Origin: a plasmid
Sequence record: NZ_LR134454.1
DNA: 64,000 nt
Direction: 5' to 3' (one strand)
How positions within the stretch are numbered: the stretch's first letter is position 1; the number at the start of each line of letters is the position of its first letter. Under the pieces are notes generated by a model. The model was not told the origin of the DNA, did not search any database, and was given only the letters and a program-made list of their open reading frames with translations. A program made the position numbers and the translations under genes. Below are positions 36,442-46,119 of the stretch, piece after piece.

Positions 36442-37326
36442 CTACGAAACGGCCGCGGGATCCCAGCGCGCGATGTCGTCGACGAGGCCCGCGCCGTCGG
36501 GCGCCCACCCCAGCGCGGCGCGGGTCAGCTCCGTCGACGCCGTGGTGTCCAGGGCGAGCAGCGGTGCGAGGAAACCGAACCGGGCCTCGGCGTCGCCGGG
36601 CTCGACCACCTCGGTCGGGACGCCCATGAGCCGCCCGACGGCCGCGGCGATGTCGGCCACCGCGACGGCCTCGCCGGCGGCGTGGAAGACGGATCCCGCG
36701 GTTCCGCGCTCGGCGGCCAGGCGGAACAGCCGCGCGGCGTCGCGGCGGTGCACCGCGGGCCAGCGCTGCGCCCCGTCGCCGACGTACCCGGAACGCCCGG
36801 CGTCGCCCGCGATGGCGGCCAGGCGGCCGACGAAACCGGCGGGCACGTCGTCGTGCACCGACGGTGCCAGCCGGACGACGGACGAGCGGACGTCCCGCTC
36901 CGCGAGCGCGAGCGCGGCGGCGAACCCGGCGGTCCGCGGGGACGGGGGCATCGGGTCGGTCTCCAGCGCGTCGCGGCCGCTGGTCAGCCCGAGGAGGCCG
37001 GAGGCGATGACGAGGGGCCGCCCGGATCCGGCGAGCGCGTCGCCCATCGCGTCGATGGCCGCGACCTCGACCTGCGCCGACTCGGCGAACTGCGAGAAGT
37101 CGTGGTTGAACGCGAGATGGATGACCCCGTCCGTGTCCGCGGCGGCCGCGCGGAGCACCGCGGTCTCCTCGATCGTGCCGCGGACAGGCTCGGCGCCCAG
37201 CGCGCGGACGGCGTCGGCACCGCGATCCGACCGGACGAGGCCGGTGACCTCGTGGCCGGCGCCGAGCAACTCAGTGACCACTGCGGAGCCGACGAAGCCG
37301 GACGCGCCCGTGACGAAGAATCGCAT
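36442..37326 (-). CDS. NAD-dependent epimerase/dehydratase-family (NmrA/SDR-like) oxidoreductase
   Basis: 294 aa, beginning MRFFVTGASGFVGSAVV. RBS AGGAGG. Confidence 0.8.
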   Translation of the reverse strand: MRFFVTGASGFVGSAVVTELLGAGHEVTGLVRSDRGADAVRALGAEPVRGTIEETAVLRAAAADTDGVIHLAFNHDFSQFAESAQVEVAAIDAMGDALAGSGRPLVIASGLLGLTSGRDALETDPMPPSPRTAGFAAALALAERDVRSSVVRLAPSVHDDVPAGFVGRLAAIAGDAGRSGYVGDGAQRWPAVHRRDAARLFRLAAERGTAGSVFHAAGEAVAVADIAAAVGRLMGVPTEVVEPGDAEARFGFLAPLLALDTTASTELTRAALGWAPDGAGLVDDIARWDPAAVS

Positions 37327-37347
37327 GGTGAGAACCTCCTGAACGAT

Positions 37348-37404
37348 GTGATGTCAGTTGCTGACATCACTGACCATACGCCTGATGTCAGCAACTGTCA
37401 TCAC
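37348..37404. promoter_or_regulatory. Two tandem palindromic operators: GTGATGTCAG-TTG-CTGACATCAC and TGATGTCAG-CAA-CTGTCATCAC (candidate TetR binding sites)
   Basis: They sit 22–78 bp upstream of the NmrA-like–TetR operon. The first has 10-bp perfect arms; the second has one mismatch. Confidence 0.5.
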
Positions 37405-37417
37405 TGCCGTGTGCGGA

Positions 37418-39178
37418 CTACAGCGTGCGCTTGAGGCCCACGTGTTCGGAGCGGTACCCGAGCCGGGTGTAGAAGGCCCGCGCCCGGTCGCGGGAGACGT
37501 CGGTGGTGAGTTGGGAGAGCACGGCGCCGTGGGTCCGGCCGTGGTGGTGCGCCCACTCGATCATCGCGGTGCCCAGGCCCTGCGACCGGTGGCCGCGGGC
37601 CACCCGGACGCCCTCGATCTGCAGCCGTGTCGACCCGCTGCGGGACAGCCCCGGGATGACGGTGAGGTGCATCGTCCCCACGATCCGGCCGGCGTCGTCC
37701 CGGATCACGGCCAGGTACTGCGAGCGGTCACGGGTCACCAGCTCGAAGGCGCTGTCGTACTCCGCGGCGTCGCCCACCTCGCGCGTCGCGCCGAGTTCGT
37801 CGTCGGCGAGCAGCGCGACGATCGCGGGCACGTCGTCGCGGCGCGCGCGCTCCACCCGGTAGGGGGTGCCGCCGATGCCGCGGAGCACTCCGCCGACCGC
37901 GGCGCGGGCCTGCAACTCGCGGACCACGCCGTCGAGCCAGGCCCCGACGTTCGCGCGCGCCTCGAGGGTGTCGGGGTAGCGGCACCGCAGGTGCAGCCCC
38001 GCCTCGTCGAGGATGAACCAGAGCATCACCCCGTCCGTGCGGATGGTCGCGCCGACGTACTGCGCGTCGAGCCGGGTCGCGTCCACGCGGACGGGCAGGC
38101 GGCGCAGGTCCAGCCACGAGATCGCGAACATGCCGGGGGCCTCCGGCATCCCGCCCCACTGCTCGAGGACGTCGGCGAGCGGCCACGAGCCGAGCCGCAC
38201 CGCCTCCTTCACGGCCTCGGCGGCCGCGGCCGGTTCCGCGGACGGGGAGTCCAGCACCGAGTTGGTGATGAACCAGCCCACCGAGTCGTGCCACGTCTCG
38301 TCGTAGCGGCTGTGCACGGGGAACACGGCGCGCAGCGGCGCGCCGGCGAGGTCCAGGGTCACGCGGGTCAGGGCCGCCACCGTCGCCGACAGGGTGGACA
38401 CGCCCGCCTCCCGGGCGGCCGCGGCGAACGCGGCGACCTCGTCGGTGCCGAAGACGTCGCGGACCTCCACGCGCTCGCGGTGCGCCTCGGGGGTGCCCAG
38501 CGGCAGGGGGAACAGAGGCATGACTCTGCCACTGGCGGTGATGATCTCGGCCCAGCGGCGCCGCACGTCCTCGGGTGCCGCGGGGCGGTCCGCCAGGGCC
38601 CGGGTGTGGTCGACGAACGGCGGGACGACCTCCGTCGACGGTGCCCGCCCCGCGCGGACGTCCTCGAGCGCGGCGAGCAGGTCGCGCGCGATCACGAGCA
38701 TCGACCACATGTCGGTGTGCGAGTGGTCGGCGGCCACGATCACCGTCGGGCCCGCGGCCGTCTCCAGGACGCAGAGCCGGTGCGCGGGACGGCGATAGGG
38801 GGAGCAGGCGTCGTCGAGCACGTCGCGAAGGGCGTCGTTGACGGCCTGACCCGGGCCGATCGCGTGCTCCACCCAGTTCCCCGGCCGCACCGAGATCTCG
38901 TGCAGGGTGGGCCCAGCGGGTCCGGGGAGGAACGCGGTCCGCAGCGTGCCGTGCCGGGCGATCACCGCGAGCCAGGCGGCGGCGAGCTGCTCGCGCGGCA
39001 CCGGGTCGGGCAGCCGGAAGGACAGCGCCATCCACGACCCCGGCCGGTCCCCGCCGCCCACGTGCCGCGCCTGATCGAAGGAGACCGGCAGCGCCGCGGC
39101 GGGCTCCGACGCCGCGACGTCGTAGCCGTACAGCCGGCCGAACGGCAGGCGCAGGTGGGCGACGTTGGTCAGGCGCAT
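37418..39178 (-). CDS. Condensation-domain (NRPS C-domain/PapA-like acyltransferase) fused to a C-terminal GNAT N-acetyltransferase
   Basis: 587 aa. Residues 1–430 carry C-domain motifs (LPVSFDQAR; QLAAAWLAVIARHGTLRTAF; the variant active site AADHSHTDMWS in place of HHxxxDG). Residues 440–587 form a GNAT domain (RVARGHRSQGLGTAMIEWAHHHGRTHG…RLGY). Confidence 0.65.
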   Translation of the reverse strand: MRLTNVAHLRLPFGRLYGYDVAASEPAAALPVSFDQARHVGGGDRPGSWMALSFRLPDPVPREQLAAAWLAVIARHGTLRTAFLPGPAGPTLHEISVRPGNWVEHAIGPGQAVNDALRDVLDDACSPYRRPAHRLCVLETAAGPTVIVAADHSHTDMWSMLVIARDLLAALEDVRAGRAPSTEVVPPFVDHTRALADRPAAPEDVRRRWAEIITASGRVMPLFPLPLGTPEAHRERVEVRDVFGTDEVAAFAAAAREAGVSTLSATVAALTRVTLDLAGAPLRAVFPVHSRYDETWHDSVGWFITNSVLDSPSAEPAAAAEAVKEAVRLGSWPLADVLEQWGGMPEAPGMFAISWLDLRRLPVRVDATRLDAQYVGATIRTDGVMLWFILDEAGLHLRCRYPDTLEARANVGAWLDGVVRELQARAAVGGVLRGIGGTPYRVERARRDDVPAIVALLADDELGATREVGDAAEYDSAFELVTRDRSQYLAVIRDDAGRIVGTMHLTVIPGLSRSGSTRLQIEGVRVARGHRSQGLGTAMIEWAHHHGRTHGAVLSQLTTDVSRDRARAFYTRLGYRSEHVGLKRTL

Positions 39179-39230
39179 GGGCGGTACCCTAGCCCTCCAA
39201 CGAACCCTCCGCGCGGCGAGAGAAGGCCGG

Positions 39231-40004
39231 ATGACCAGCTTCGACGTCCCCGGGGCGCGGCTCGCCACCGAGTACAGCGACGAGCACGGACGCCCCGTCG
39301 TGCAGCTCCACGGCCTCACCTCCAGCCGCGCCCGGGACCGCGTGCTGGACCTGGACCTCGGACGCGGCCTCAGCGGGACGCGGCTCCTGCGCTACGACGC
39401 GCGCGGGCACGGCTCCTCGACCGGCTGCGCGGTCCCCGACGACTATCGCTGGCCGAACCTCGCCGACGACCTGCTGCGGCTCCTCGACCACTGGTTCCCC
39501 GGGGAGCGGGTGCACGGCGTCGGGCCGTCGATGGGCACCGGCACGCTGCTGCACGCCGCCGTGCGCGAGCCGGAACGGTTCAGCGGGCTGACCCTCATGG
39601 TGCCGCCGACCGCATGGGCGACGCGTGTCGCGAAGGCCGCCGAATACCGCTCCGCCGCAACGATGATCGAGGAGCGCGGGCTGGAGGCGTTCCTCGCGGC
39701 GGGGGAGGGTGCCGCGCCGCCGCCGGCCACCGTCGAACACCCTCCGACGCGGCCCGACGTCCCCGCATCGCTCCTGCCCTCGCTCTTCCGCGGCGCCGCC
39801 GCGAGCGATCTCCCCGCGCTCGGGGAGATCGCCCGCATCGACGTGCCCGTCACCGTTCTGGCCTGGATCGACGATCCGGCGCACCCGGTCTCGACGGCCG
39901 AGGAGCTCAGCAGGGCGCTCCCGCGGGCGTCGCTGTCGGTCGCTCGGACTCCGCAGGACGTGCAGGAGTGGCCGTCGGTCCTGTGCCGGGACGTCGCGGG
40001 GTGA
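39231..40004 (+). CDS. Alpha/beta-fold hydrolase
   Basis: 257 aa. HGLTSS is an oxyanion-hole motif; the nucleophile pentapeptide is GPSMG. It is divergent from the condensation–GNAT gene. Confidence 0.7.
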   Translation: MTSFDVPGARLATEYSDEHGRPVVQLHGLTSSRARDRVLDLDLGRGLSGTRLLRYDARGHGSSTGCAVPDDYRWPNLADDLLRLLDHWFPGERVHGVGPSMGTGTLLHAAVREPERFSGLTLMVPPTAWATRVAKAAEYRSAATMIEERGLEAFLAAGEGAAPPPATVEHPPTRPDVPASLLPSLFRGAAASDLPALGEIARIDVPVTVLAWIDDPAHPVSTAEELSRALPRASLSVARTPQDVQEWPSVLCRDVAG

Positions 40005-40863
40005 GCCGCGAGACCGCCACGCCGACCAGACACAGGACGCCGCCCAGCAGGCCCCACGCGGTGGGCGTCTCGGCCAGGAACGCCCAGCTCAGCAGGATCG
40101 ACAGGCCCGGCACCGCGTAGGACGACGAGGCGGTGACCCCGGCGGGCGTGTGCGCCAGCGCGTAGGCCCACAGCAGGAAGGCGAGCGCGGTCGGCACGAG
40201 TCCCAGGTAGATCACCCCGACGGTGCTCGACATCGGCGCCGTCGCCAACTCGGCGAAGAGCCGGGGCGCCCAGGGCAGCAGGACGATCGCGCCGACGCCC
40301 GCACCCAGCGCGGTGGCGGTCAGCGGGTCGACGGTGCGCAGCACCAGCTTCTGCGCCACCACGCTGATGCCGTAGAGCAGCGCCGCGGCGACCGCCAGCG
40401 CCACGCCGGCACCGTCGCGCCGGCCGTCGCCGGTGAAGGCGATGATCGCGGCCCCGGCGAAGCTGATCGCGATGCCCACCACCAGCAGCGGCGGGAAGCC
40501 CTCCTGCAGGAAGGCGCCGGCCAGCACCGCGACGATGATCGGTGCGATGTTCACCAGGAGCGCCGTGGTCCCGGCGTCGAGGTGCTGCTCCGCGGCGTTG
40601 ACCAGCACGGTGTACAGCGCGAACCACAGCGCGCCGTAGCCGATGGTCAGCGCGAGGGTGCGGCCGCGGGGCAGCCGGACGCCGCCGTTGTACAGGGCGT
40701 TCATTCCCCAGATCATGCCGAGGACGGCGGCGCCCACCAAGAGGCGTCCCTCCGCCATGGCGATGGGGGAGACGTGCGGGCCGAGCCCGCGGATCACCAC
40801 GAAGGCCGAGGCCCACGCGAACATCACGGCCACGAGTGCCAGGGCGGGGAGTCGATTCGTCAT
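39907..40863 (-). CDS. DMT superfamily (EamA-like) transporter
   Basis: About 318 aa with 10 TM helices and two EamA repeats. Confidence 0.7.
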   Translation of the reverse strand: MTNRLPALALVAVMFAWASAFVVIRGLGPHVSPIAMAEGRLLVGAAVLGMIWGMNALYNGGVRLPRGRTLALTIGYGALWFALYTVLVNAAEQHLDAGTTALLVNIAPIIVAVLAGAFLQEGFPPLLVVGIAISFAGAAIIAFTGDGRRDGAGVALAVAAALLYGISVVAQKLVLRTVDPLTATALGAGVGAIVLLPWAPRLFAELATAPMSSTVGVIYLGLVPTALAFLLWAYALAHTPAGVTASSSYAVPGLSILLSWAFLAETPTAWGLLGGVLCLVGVAVSRLTPRRPGTGPTATPARPAESERPTATPAGAPC

Positions 40864-40947
40864 GAGCTCAACTCTGCGATCGGAGCGGAGTAAGCACAAG
40901 CGCATATTTCTGCACTATCATTCAGTAGAACTGAATGGAGGCTTCTC

Positions 40948-41853
40948 ATGCTCGACGCGCACCGGCTCATGATCTTCCGCTCCGTCGCCGCCACGGGTTC
41001 CGTGGCCGCGGCGGCGGCCAGCCTCGGCTACACCCCGTCGGCCGTCTCGCAGCACGTCGCCGCCCTGCAGCGTGAGACGGGGCTCAAGCTCCTGGAACGG
41101 GTCGGACGGGGCGTCGAGCTCACCCCCGCCGGGCGGGTGCTGGCCACCGAGGCCGACGGGGTGCTCAGCAGCCTCAACGACCTCGGCGCCACCGTCGACG
41201 ACCTGCGGGCCGGCAAGGCCAACCGGATCACCATGAACGTCTTCGCCACCGCCGGCACGCACTGGATGCCGTCGGTCGTGCAGACGCTCAGCGCCGAGTT
41301 CCCCGATACCCGCCTGCGCCTGCGGATCGAGGACGAGGTCACCGAGATCGCCGCCCGCCGGCCGGATCTCGCCGTCGCGGTGCGCCAGGAGCACGGGCAG
41401 ACGACCGCGGTGCAGGGCTTCTCCCACGAGGACCTCGTGGTGGAGTCCTACGTCGCCGTCGTGCCCGCGGATCACGCGTTCGCGGGCCGGGAGCTGGTGG
41501 ACATGGCCGAGCTCGAACACGAGCGCTGGATCGACAACGACGTGCGGCGCGGCGCGTGCCGCCAGGCCGTGCTCGATGCTTGCGCCGCAGCGGGGTTCAC
41601 GCCCCGCTTCGTGGTCGAGACCACCGACTACCCGTCGGCGCTGCGGTTCGTCGCCCGGGGCGTCGGCGTCACCGTCCTGCCGCGCCTCGGCGCCACCGAG
41701 CTGCCGCCCGGCACCGTCGCCGTCGACGTGTGCAACCCCGCGCCGCGGCGCACCATCGTCGCCTACGTCAAGGACTCCGAGTGCCGGAACCCCGTGGTGC
41801 GCAGGGCCATGCACCTGCTCCGCGAGGCCGCCGCGAGTTCTAATCGTCCGTGA
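40948..41853 (+). CDS. LysR family transcriptional regulator
   Basis: 301 aa with the HTH AAAASLGYTPSAVSQHVAALQRETG. Confidence 0.8.
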   Translation: MLDAHRLMIFRSVAATGSVAAAAASLGYTPSAVSQHVAALQRETGLKLLERVGRGVELTPAGRVLATEADGVLSSLNDLGATVDDLRAGKANRITMNVFATAGTHWMPSVVQTLSAEFPDTRLRLRIEDEVTEIAARRPDLAVAVRQEHGQTTAVQGFSHEDLVVESYVAVVPADHAFAGRELVDMAELEHERWIDNDVRRGACRQAVLDACAAAGFTPRFVVETTDYPSALRFVARGVGVTVLPRLGATELPPGTVAVDVCNPAPRRTIVAYVKDSECRNPVVRRAMHLLREAAASSNRP

Positions 41854-43198
41854 GGCGGGTGGCGACGAGGACCGTCGCCACCGCCGAGGCGAGTGGCACC
41901 AGTAGAGCCATGGCGAATCCCGTGTGCCCCCACGCGAGAGTTTGCGCGAAGATCCCACCGGCGCACGCGATCGCGAGGGCGGTGCCCACCGCTTCGGAGA
42001 GCTTGAGGGCGCTGGAGTTGGCGCCCTGCTGGTCGTCCGCGCTGAGGCCGAGCAGAAGGATCGACAGGGTCGGCAGCGCCAGGCCCATGCCGAACCCGCC
42101 GATCCCCCACGCCACGAAGATCACCGGCCACGGGGCATCGATCGCGAACGCCGACGCGACGGCGGTGAGGGCGAGCGCCAGCAGACCGGACCCGATCAGT
42201 GGGAGGCGCCGGCGGACCGGCCCCGTCGCGGGGATCCGCGCCTGCACCTGCGAGGCGAGCGCCCACAGCAGGGCTGCGCCCGTCATCACCGAGCCCGCGG
42301 CGAACGGCGAGAGCCGGTCGACGTGCACCAGGTACAGCGGAACGTAGATCTCCGCGGCGAAGAAGGCGCCCGCCAGGAGGAGGTTCGCGAGCATGAGCCG
42401 CGGGATACCCGCCCGGCCGGTCAGAGACCCCGCGGGCAACATTCGCCGCGTCGCCACCAGTGCGGCGGCCAGACAGGCCACCGCGACCGCGAGGAGCACG
42501 GCGCCGCCCTTCGGTGCGGCGAACTGCGCGACGGCCATGGTCGTGCCCGCCGCGAGGGCCGCGAGCAACAGCCCGCGATCCGGCGGATCCTCATGGCGGT
42601 AGGCCGATTCGTCGAACCCGGCGGTGGCGCGCAGGGTCGCGGCGAGGGCCAGCAGCGACGGCCCCGCCAGCCCCAGGAAGACCCAGCGCCACCCCACCGT
42701 GTCGACGGCGAGCCCCGCGAGGGCGGGACCGATGAGCGACGGCACGACCCACGCCGTCGAGTACGCGGCGAAGACCCGCGGGCGCCCGTCCTCCGGTACC
42801 AGCCGCCCGACCATGGCGTAGAGCACGACGCTGATCAGGCCGCTCCCCAGGCCCTGCACGCCGCGACCCACCGCCAGCACCCCCATGCCGGGTGCCGCAC
42901 CGACGATCACCAGGCCGACCGCGAACAGCAGTGCGCCCGTGATCAGTGGCGGCTTCACGCCGGCCCGGTCCACCCAGGGACCGACCCACGCGATCGCGAC
43001 GATCATCGCCGCGAAGGCGGCGCCGAACGCCACCGAGTACTCGGCGGTCGCGCCGAACTCGGCCGCGGCGCGCGGCAGCACGGTGCCGACGGCGAGGGTC
43101 TCGAAGGCGGAGAACGCGATCAGCGCGACAGACCCGATCAGGAACCAGCGCAGCCGGGCCCGATCGGGAGCCGTCCGGGCGTCCGCGTCGGTAGTCAT
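41840..43198 (-). CDS. MFS transporter
   Basis: About 452 aa with 12–14 TM helices. The start is ATG 43198 or GTG 43207. Confidence 0.75.
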   Translation of the reverse strand: MTTDADARTAPDRARLRWFLIGSVALIAFSAFETLAVGTVLPRAAAEFGATAEYSVAFGAAFAAMIVAIAWVGPWVDRAGVKPPLITGALLFAVGLVIVGAAPGMGVLAVGRGVQGLGSGLISVVLYAMVGRLVPEDGRPRVFAAYSTAWVVPSLIGPALAGLAVDTVGWRWVFLGLAGPSLLALAATLRATAGFDESAYRHEDPPDRGLLLAALAAGTTMAVAQFAAPKGGAVLLAVAVACLAAALVATRRMLPAGSLTGRAGIPRLMLANLLLAGAFFAAEIYVPLYLVHVDRLSPFAAGSVMTGAALLWALASQVQARIPATGPVRRRLPLIGSGLLALALTAVASAFAIDAPWPVIFVAWGIGGFGMGLALPTLSILLLGLSADDQQGANSSALKLSEAVGTALAIACAGGIFAQTLAWGHTGFAMALLVPLASAVATVLVATRLTDD

Positions 43199-43284
43199 CC
43201 TCGGCACGCTAATACGTCGACCATGGTTGAGGTCAACCGAGAAAACCGGTTGATCGCACAGTCCCCGAGCGGCATCGTGGAAAG

Positions 43285-44685
43285 GTGCATACCGACCCCA
43301 GCCCCCGCAGCCGCGTGCCCCGCATGCTGCGGCCGCTGCTGCGCCGGGACTACCGCCTCCTCTTCGTGACGTTGCTCTGCGCGCTGACCACCGACGGCAT
43401 GTGGCTGGTCTCCGTCGTGTGGCAGGTGATCGACATGGGCGGCTCCGCCACCAGCGTCTCGCTGGTCTCGGGCGCCGCCTCCATCGGCCTGCTCGTCTCC
43501 ACCCTCGCGGGCGGGGTGCTCGCGGACCGGGTCTCGCAGCAGCGCATCCTGTTCGTGCTGGAGCTGCTCAAGGTCGCGGTCATCGGCGGCATCGGCGCGC
43601 TGATCGTCGCGGACGCCATCACGGTGCCGATCCTCATGGCCGGTTCCCTCGCGCTGGGGCTGGTGTCGGGCTTCTACTTCCCCGCCTACTCCGCGCTGGT
43701 GCCGCGGCTCGTGCCGGCCGCCGAGCTGCTCGCGGTCAACGGCTACGAGTCGGCCGTCCGTCCCGCGGCCGCGATGGCCGTCGGACCGGCGGTCGCGGCG
43801 TGGATCATCGCCGTCGCCGACCCCGGTGCGGCGCTGCTGGTAGCGGGCGGGATCTGCCTGTTCGCCGCGCTCTGGGTGGTCCGCATCCGGGTCCCGGAGG
43901 CCGACGATGCCGACGAGGCCGAGTCCGGCTCGCCGCTGCGCGACCTCTGGGAGGGCATCGGCTACGTGCGGCGGACCCCGTGGCTGCTGGCGACCCTGCT
44001 CTTCGCGAGCCTGATGGTGCTGGTCACCGTGGGCCCGATCGACGTCCTGCTGCCCTTCGCGATCAAGGACCAGGCGCACGGCGCCGCGAGTGAACACTCG
44101 ATGATCCTGGCGGCCTACGGTTTCGGCGGCGTGGCCGGCGCGCTGTTCATGGCCGCCCGGCGGATGCCCCGGCGCTACCTGACCGTGATGATGGGGATCT
44201 GGGGCGTCGCGTCGCTGCCGATGCTGGTGTTCGGCCTGGCCGAGAGCGTCTGGCCCATGGTGGTCGCCGGCTTCGTGCTCGGCGTGCTGTTCGAGGCGCC
44301 GGTGGTGATCTGGGGGACCCTGCTACAGCGCCGGGTACCGCGACGGTTGCTGGGCCGGGTCTCCAGCCTGGACTTCTTCGTCTCACTCGTGTTCATGCCC
44401 CTGTCCTTCGCGGTGGCGGGCCCGGTGAGCCAGGCGATCGGCCTCACCGCGACCTTCGCCCTCGCCGCTCTGATCCCGATCCCGCTCGCGGTGGTCGCCA
44501 TCCTCGCCGCGCGGATGCCGCAGGACGAGCTGGAGCACCCGCTGCGCGAGGACGACGAGGACGCGGGGGACGACGATGGGGACGGCACCGTCGAGCCCGG
44601 GTCCGATGCCCGGGCGGACGCCGCCCGCGACGCGCCGGTTTCGCCGACCGTGAACGCTCCGCCCGGGGAACGCACCGTCGGATAG
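43285..44685 (+). CDS. MFS transporter (EntS/YbdA-like exporter family)
   Basis: 466 aa and 12 TM helices, with an acidic C-terminal tail. Confidence 0.75.
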   Translation: MHTDPSPRSRVPRMLRPLLRRDYRLLFVTLLCALTTDGMWLVSVVWQVIDMGGSATSVSLVSGAASIGLLVSTLAGGVLADRVSQQRILFVLELLKVAVIGGIGALIVADAITVPILMAGSLALGLVSGFYFPAYSALVPRLVPAAELLAVNGYESAVRPAAAMAVGPAVAAWIIAVADPGAALLVAGGICLFAALWVVRIRVPEADDADEAESGSPLRDLWEGIGYVRRTPWLLATLLFASLMVLVTVGPIDVLLPFAIKDQAHGAASEHSMILAAYGFGGVAGALFMAARRMPRRYLTVMMGIWGVASLPMLVFGLAESVWPMVVAGFVLGVLFEAPVVIWGTLLQRRVPRRLLGRVSSLDFFVSLVFMPLSFAVAGPVSQAIGLTATFALAALIPIPLAVVAILAARMPQDELEHPLREDDEDAGDDDGDGTVEPGSDARADAARDAPVSPTVNAPPGERTVG

Positions 44686-44695
44686 GCTGAGACGT

Positions 44696-45013
44696 ATGAC
44701 GAGCGGGGTGGCGAGCATCGAGACGCACGAGTCGGCGGAGGCCGCGCGCCCCGCGCTGCTGCGCGAGGTGTTCGGGCGCGTCCTGCGGCAGGAGCGCACC
44801 CGCCAGGGCCGCACGCTCGCCGAGGTCGCGCGGGACGCCGGCGTCTCCACGCAGTACCTCTCCGAGGTCGAGCGCGGGCGCAAGGAGGCCTCGTCGGAGG
44901 TCCTCGCCAGCGTCTGCGACGCGCTCGGCGGCTCGATGATCGAGTTCGTCGGCGGCGTTCACCGCGAGCTGCTCGGCGCGCGCACGCGCCCGGTGGCGCT
45001 CGCCGCGGCCTGA
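44696..45013 (+). CDS. clgR: XRE-family HTH regulator resembling ClgR (Clp gene regulator)
   Basis: 105 aa. The [57 protein letters not shown] pattern closely follows the ClgR consensus. It lies 10 bp after the MFS stop. Confidence 0.6.
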   Translation: MTSGVASIETHESAEAARPALLREVFGRVLRQERTRQGRTLAEVARDAGVSTQYLSEVERGRKEASSEVLASVCDALGGSMIEFVGGVHRELLGARTRPVALAAA

Positions 45014-45014
45014 G

Positions 45015-46088
45015 CTACTCCTCGGTCGCGGCGGCCTCCGCTGCGGCCGCTTCCGCCTCGTCGGCTGCCTCGGCCTCCTTCGCCTCGGCCTCCTTCGCGG
45101 CGCGGGTGTCCTTGTCGTACCGCAGCAGGTGCGGGTGCACGGCCCGGAAGCCGCGGGCCCGGTAGGCGCGCAGACTGCGGGTCTCCAGCCCCGGCACGTC
45201 GGCGATCGCCTGCGTGAAGTTGTCGTCGATGAGCACCGTCCCCGGGCGCGCGGCGCTGGTCAGCCGGGCCGCCAGGTTCACGACGCTGCCGAACAGGTCG
45301 CCGTAGCGCTGCAGCACCTCGCCGTAGGCCATGCCCACGCGCAGCTGCGGGAACTCGATCTCGATGACGTCCAGCTCGGGGTACTCGTGGGGCTCCTGCA
45401 GCTCGAGGCCGATCCGGGCCGCGGCCGCGGGGTCCTCGGCCGCGAACATGACCTCGTCGCCGACGCCCTTGATGATCCACCCGCCGCCGCCGTAGATCAC
45501 CGCCTGCATCCGCGCTTCGAACGTCGCGACCAGGGTGTTGAGCTCCTCGACCGCGAGCCCGCGGCTGAGCCGGGTGTAGCCGACCATGTCCGCGAAGCCG
45601 ACGGCCATCATGGCGGTCATCGCGTCGGACGAGTCGTGGGTCACGAGGCGCTGGGTGGCCGTCGACAGGTGCCGCCGCCAGACGTGGGCCTGCAGGTTCT
45701 CCATCTTGTCGATGACCTGCGCGACGCCGGCCGACGGATCCTTCACGCCGGCGTCGTGCGCCGTGTCGAGGTGGGCCTTGACGATGCCGGCCTGCCACTC
45801 GGCGAGCCGGTACATCGCCTGGCCGAGGGACTGCGCGCCGGGCAGCACGGCCTCGCGGTCGATGACGTCCAGCGCGAACAGGTCGGCGAGGTCCTTGACG
45901 ATGGCCACGTCGTCCGCCGTGAAGGCCGGCTGGTCGTCGTCGCGCAGGTCGGCGAACCCCGCGGAGGTCCACCAGACGCGGAGGTCCTCCACGTCGATGC
46001 CGCCCTGCTCGGCGAGCTCGCGGAAGGTGTACTTGCGTTCGCCCGGGAGGAGCAGCCCGTCGATGTCCAGATCTTCGGCGTCGCCCAT
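45015..46088 (-). CDS. Class III adenylate cyclase with an N-terminal regulatory domain (Rv1264-like)
   Basis: 357 aa. The C-terminal CHD carries VGFADMVGYT, GDEVM and NLAARL motifs, followed by a C-terminal Ala/Glu tail. Confidence 0.7.
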   Translation of the reverse strand: MGDAEDLDIDGLLLPGERKYTFRELAEQGGIDVEDLRVWWTSAGFADLRDDDQPAFTADDVAIVKDLADLFALDVIDREAVLPGAQSLGQAMYRLAEWQAGIVKAHLDTAHDAGVKDPSAGVAQVIDKMENLQAHVWRRHLSTATQRLVTHDSSDAMTAMMAVGFADMVGYTRLSRGLAVEELNTLVATFEARMQAVIYGGGGWIIKGVGDEVMFAAEDPAAAARIGLELQEPHEYPELDVIEIEFPQLRVGMAYGEVLQRYGDLFGSVVNLAARLTSAARPGTVLIDDNFTQAIADVPGLETRSLRAYRARGFRAVHPHLLRYDKDTRAAKEAEAKEAEAADEAEAAAAEAAATEE

Positions 46089-46119
46089 GCATCCACTGTA
46101 TGGGGCATAGGCTGGACGG

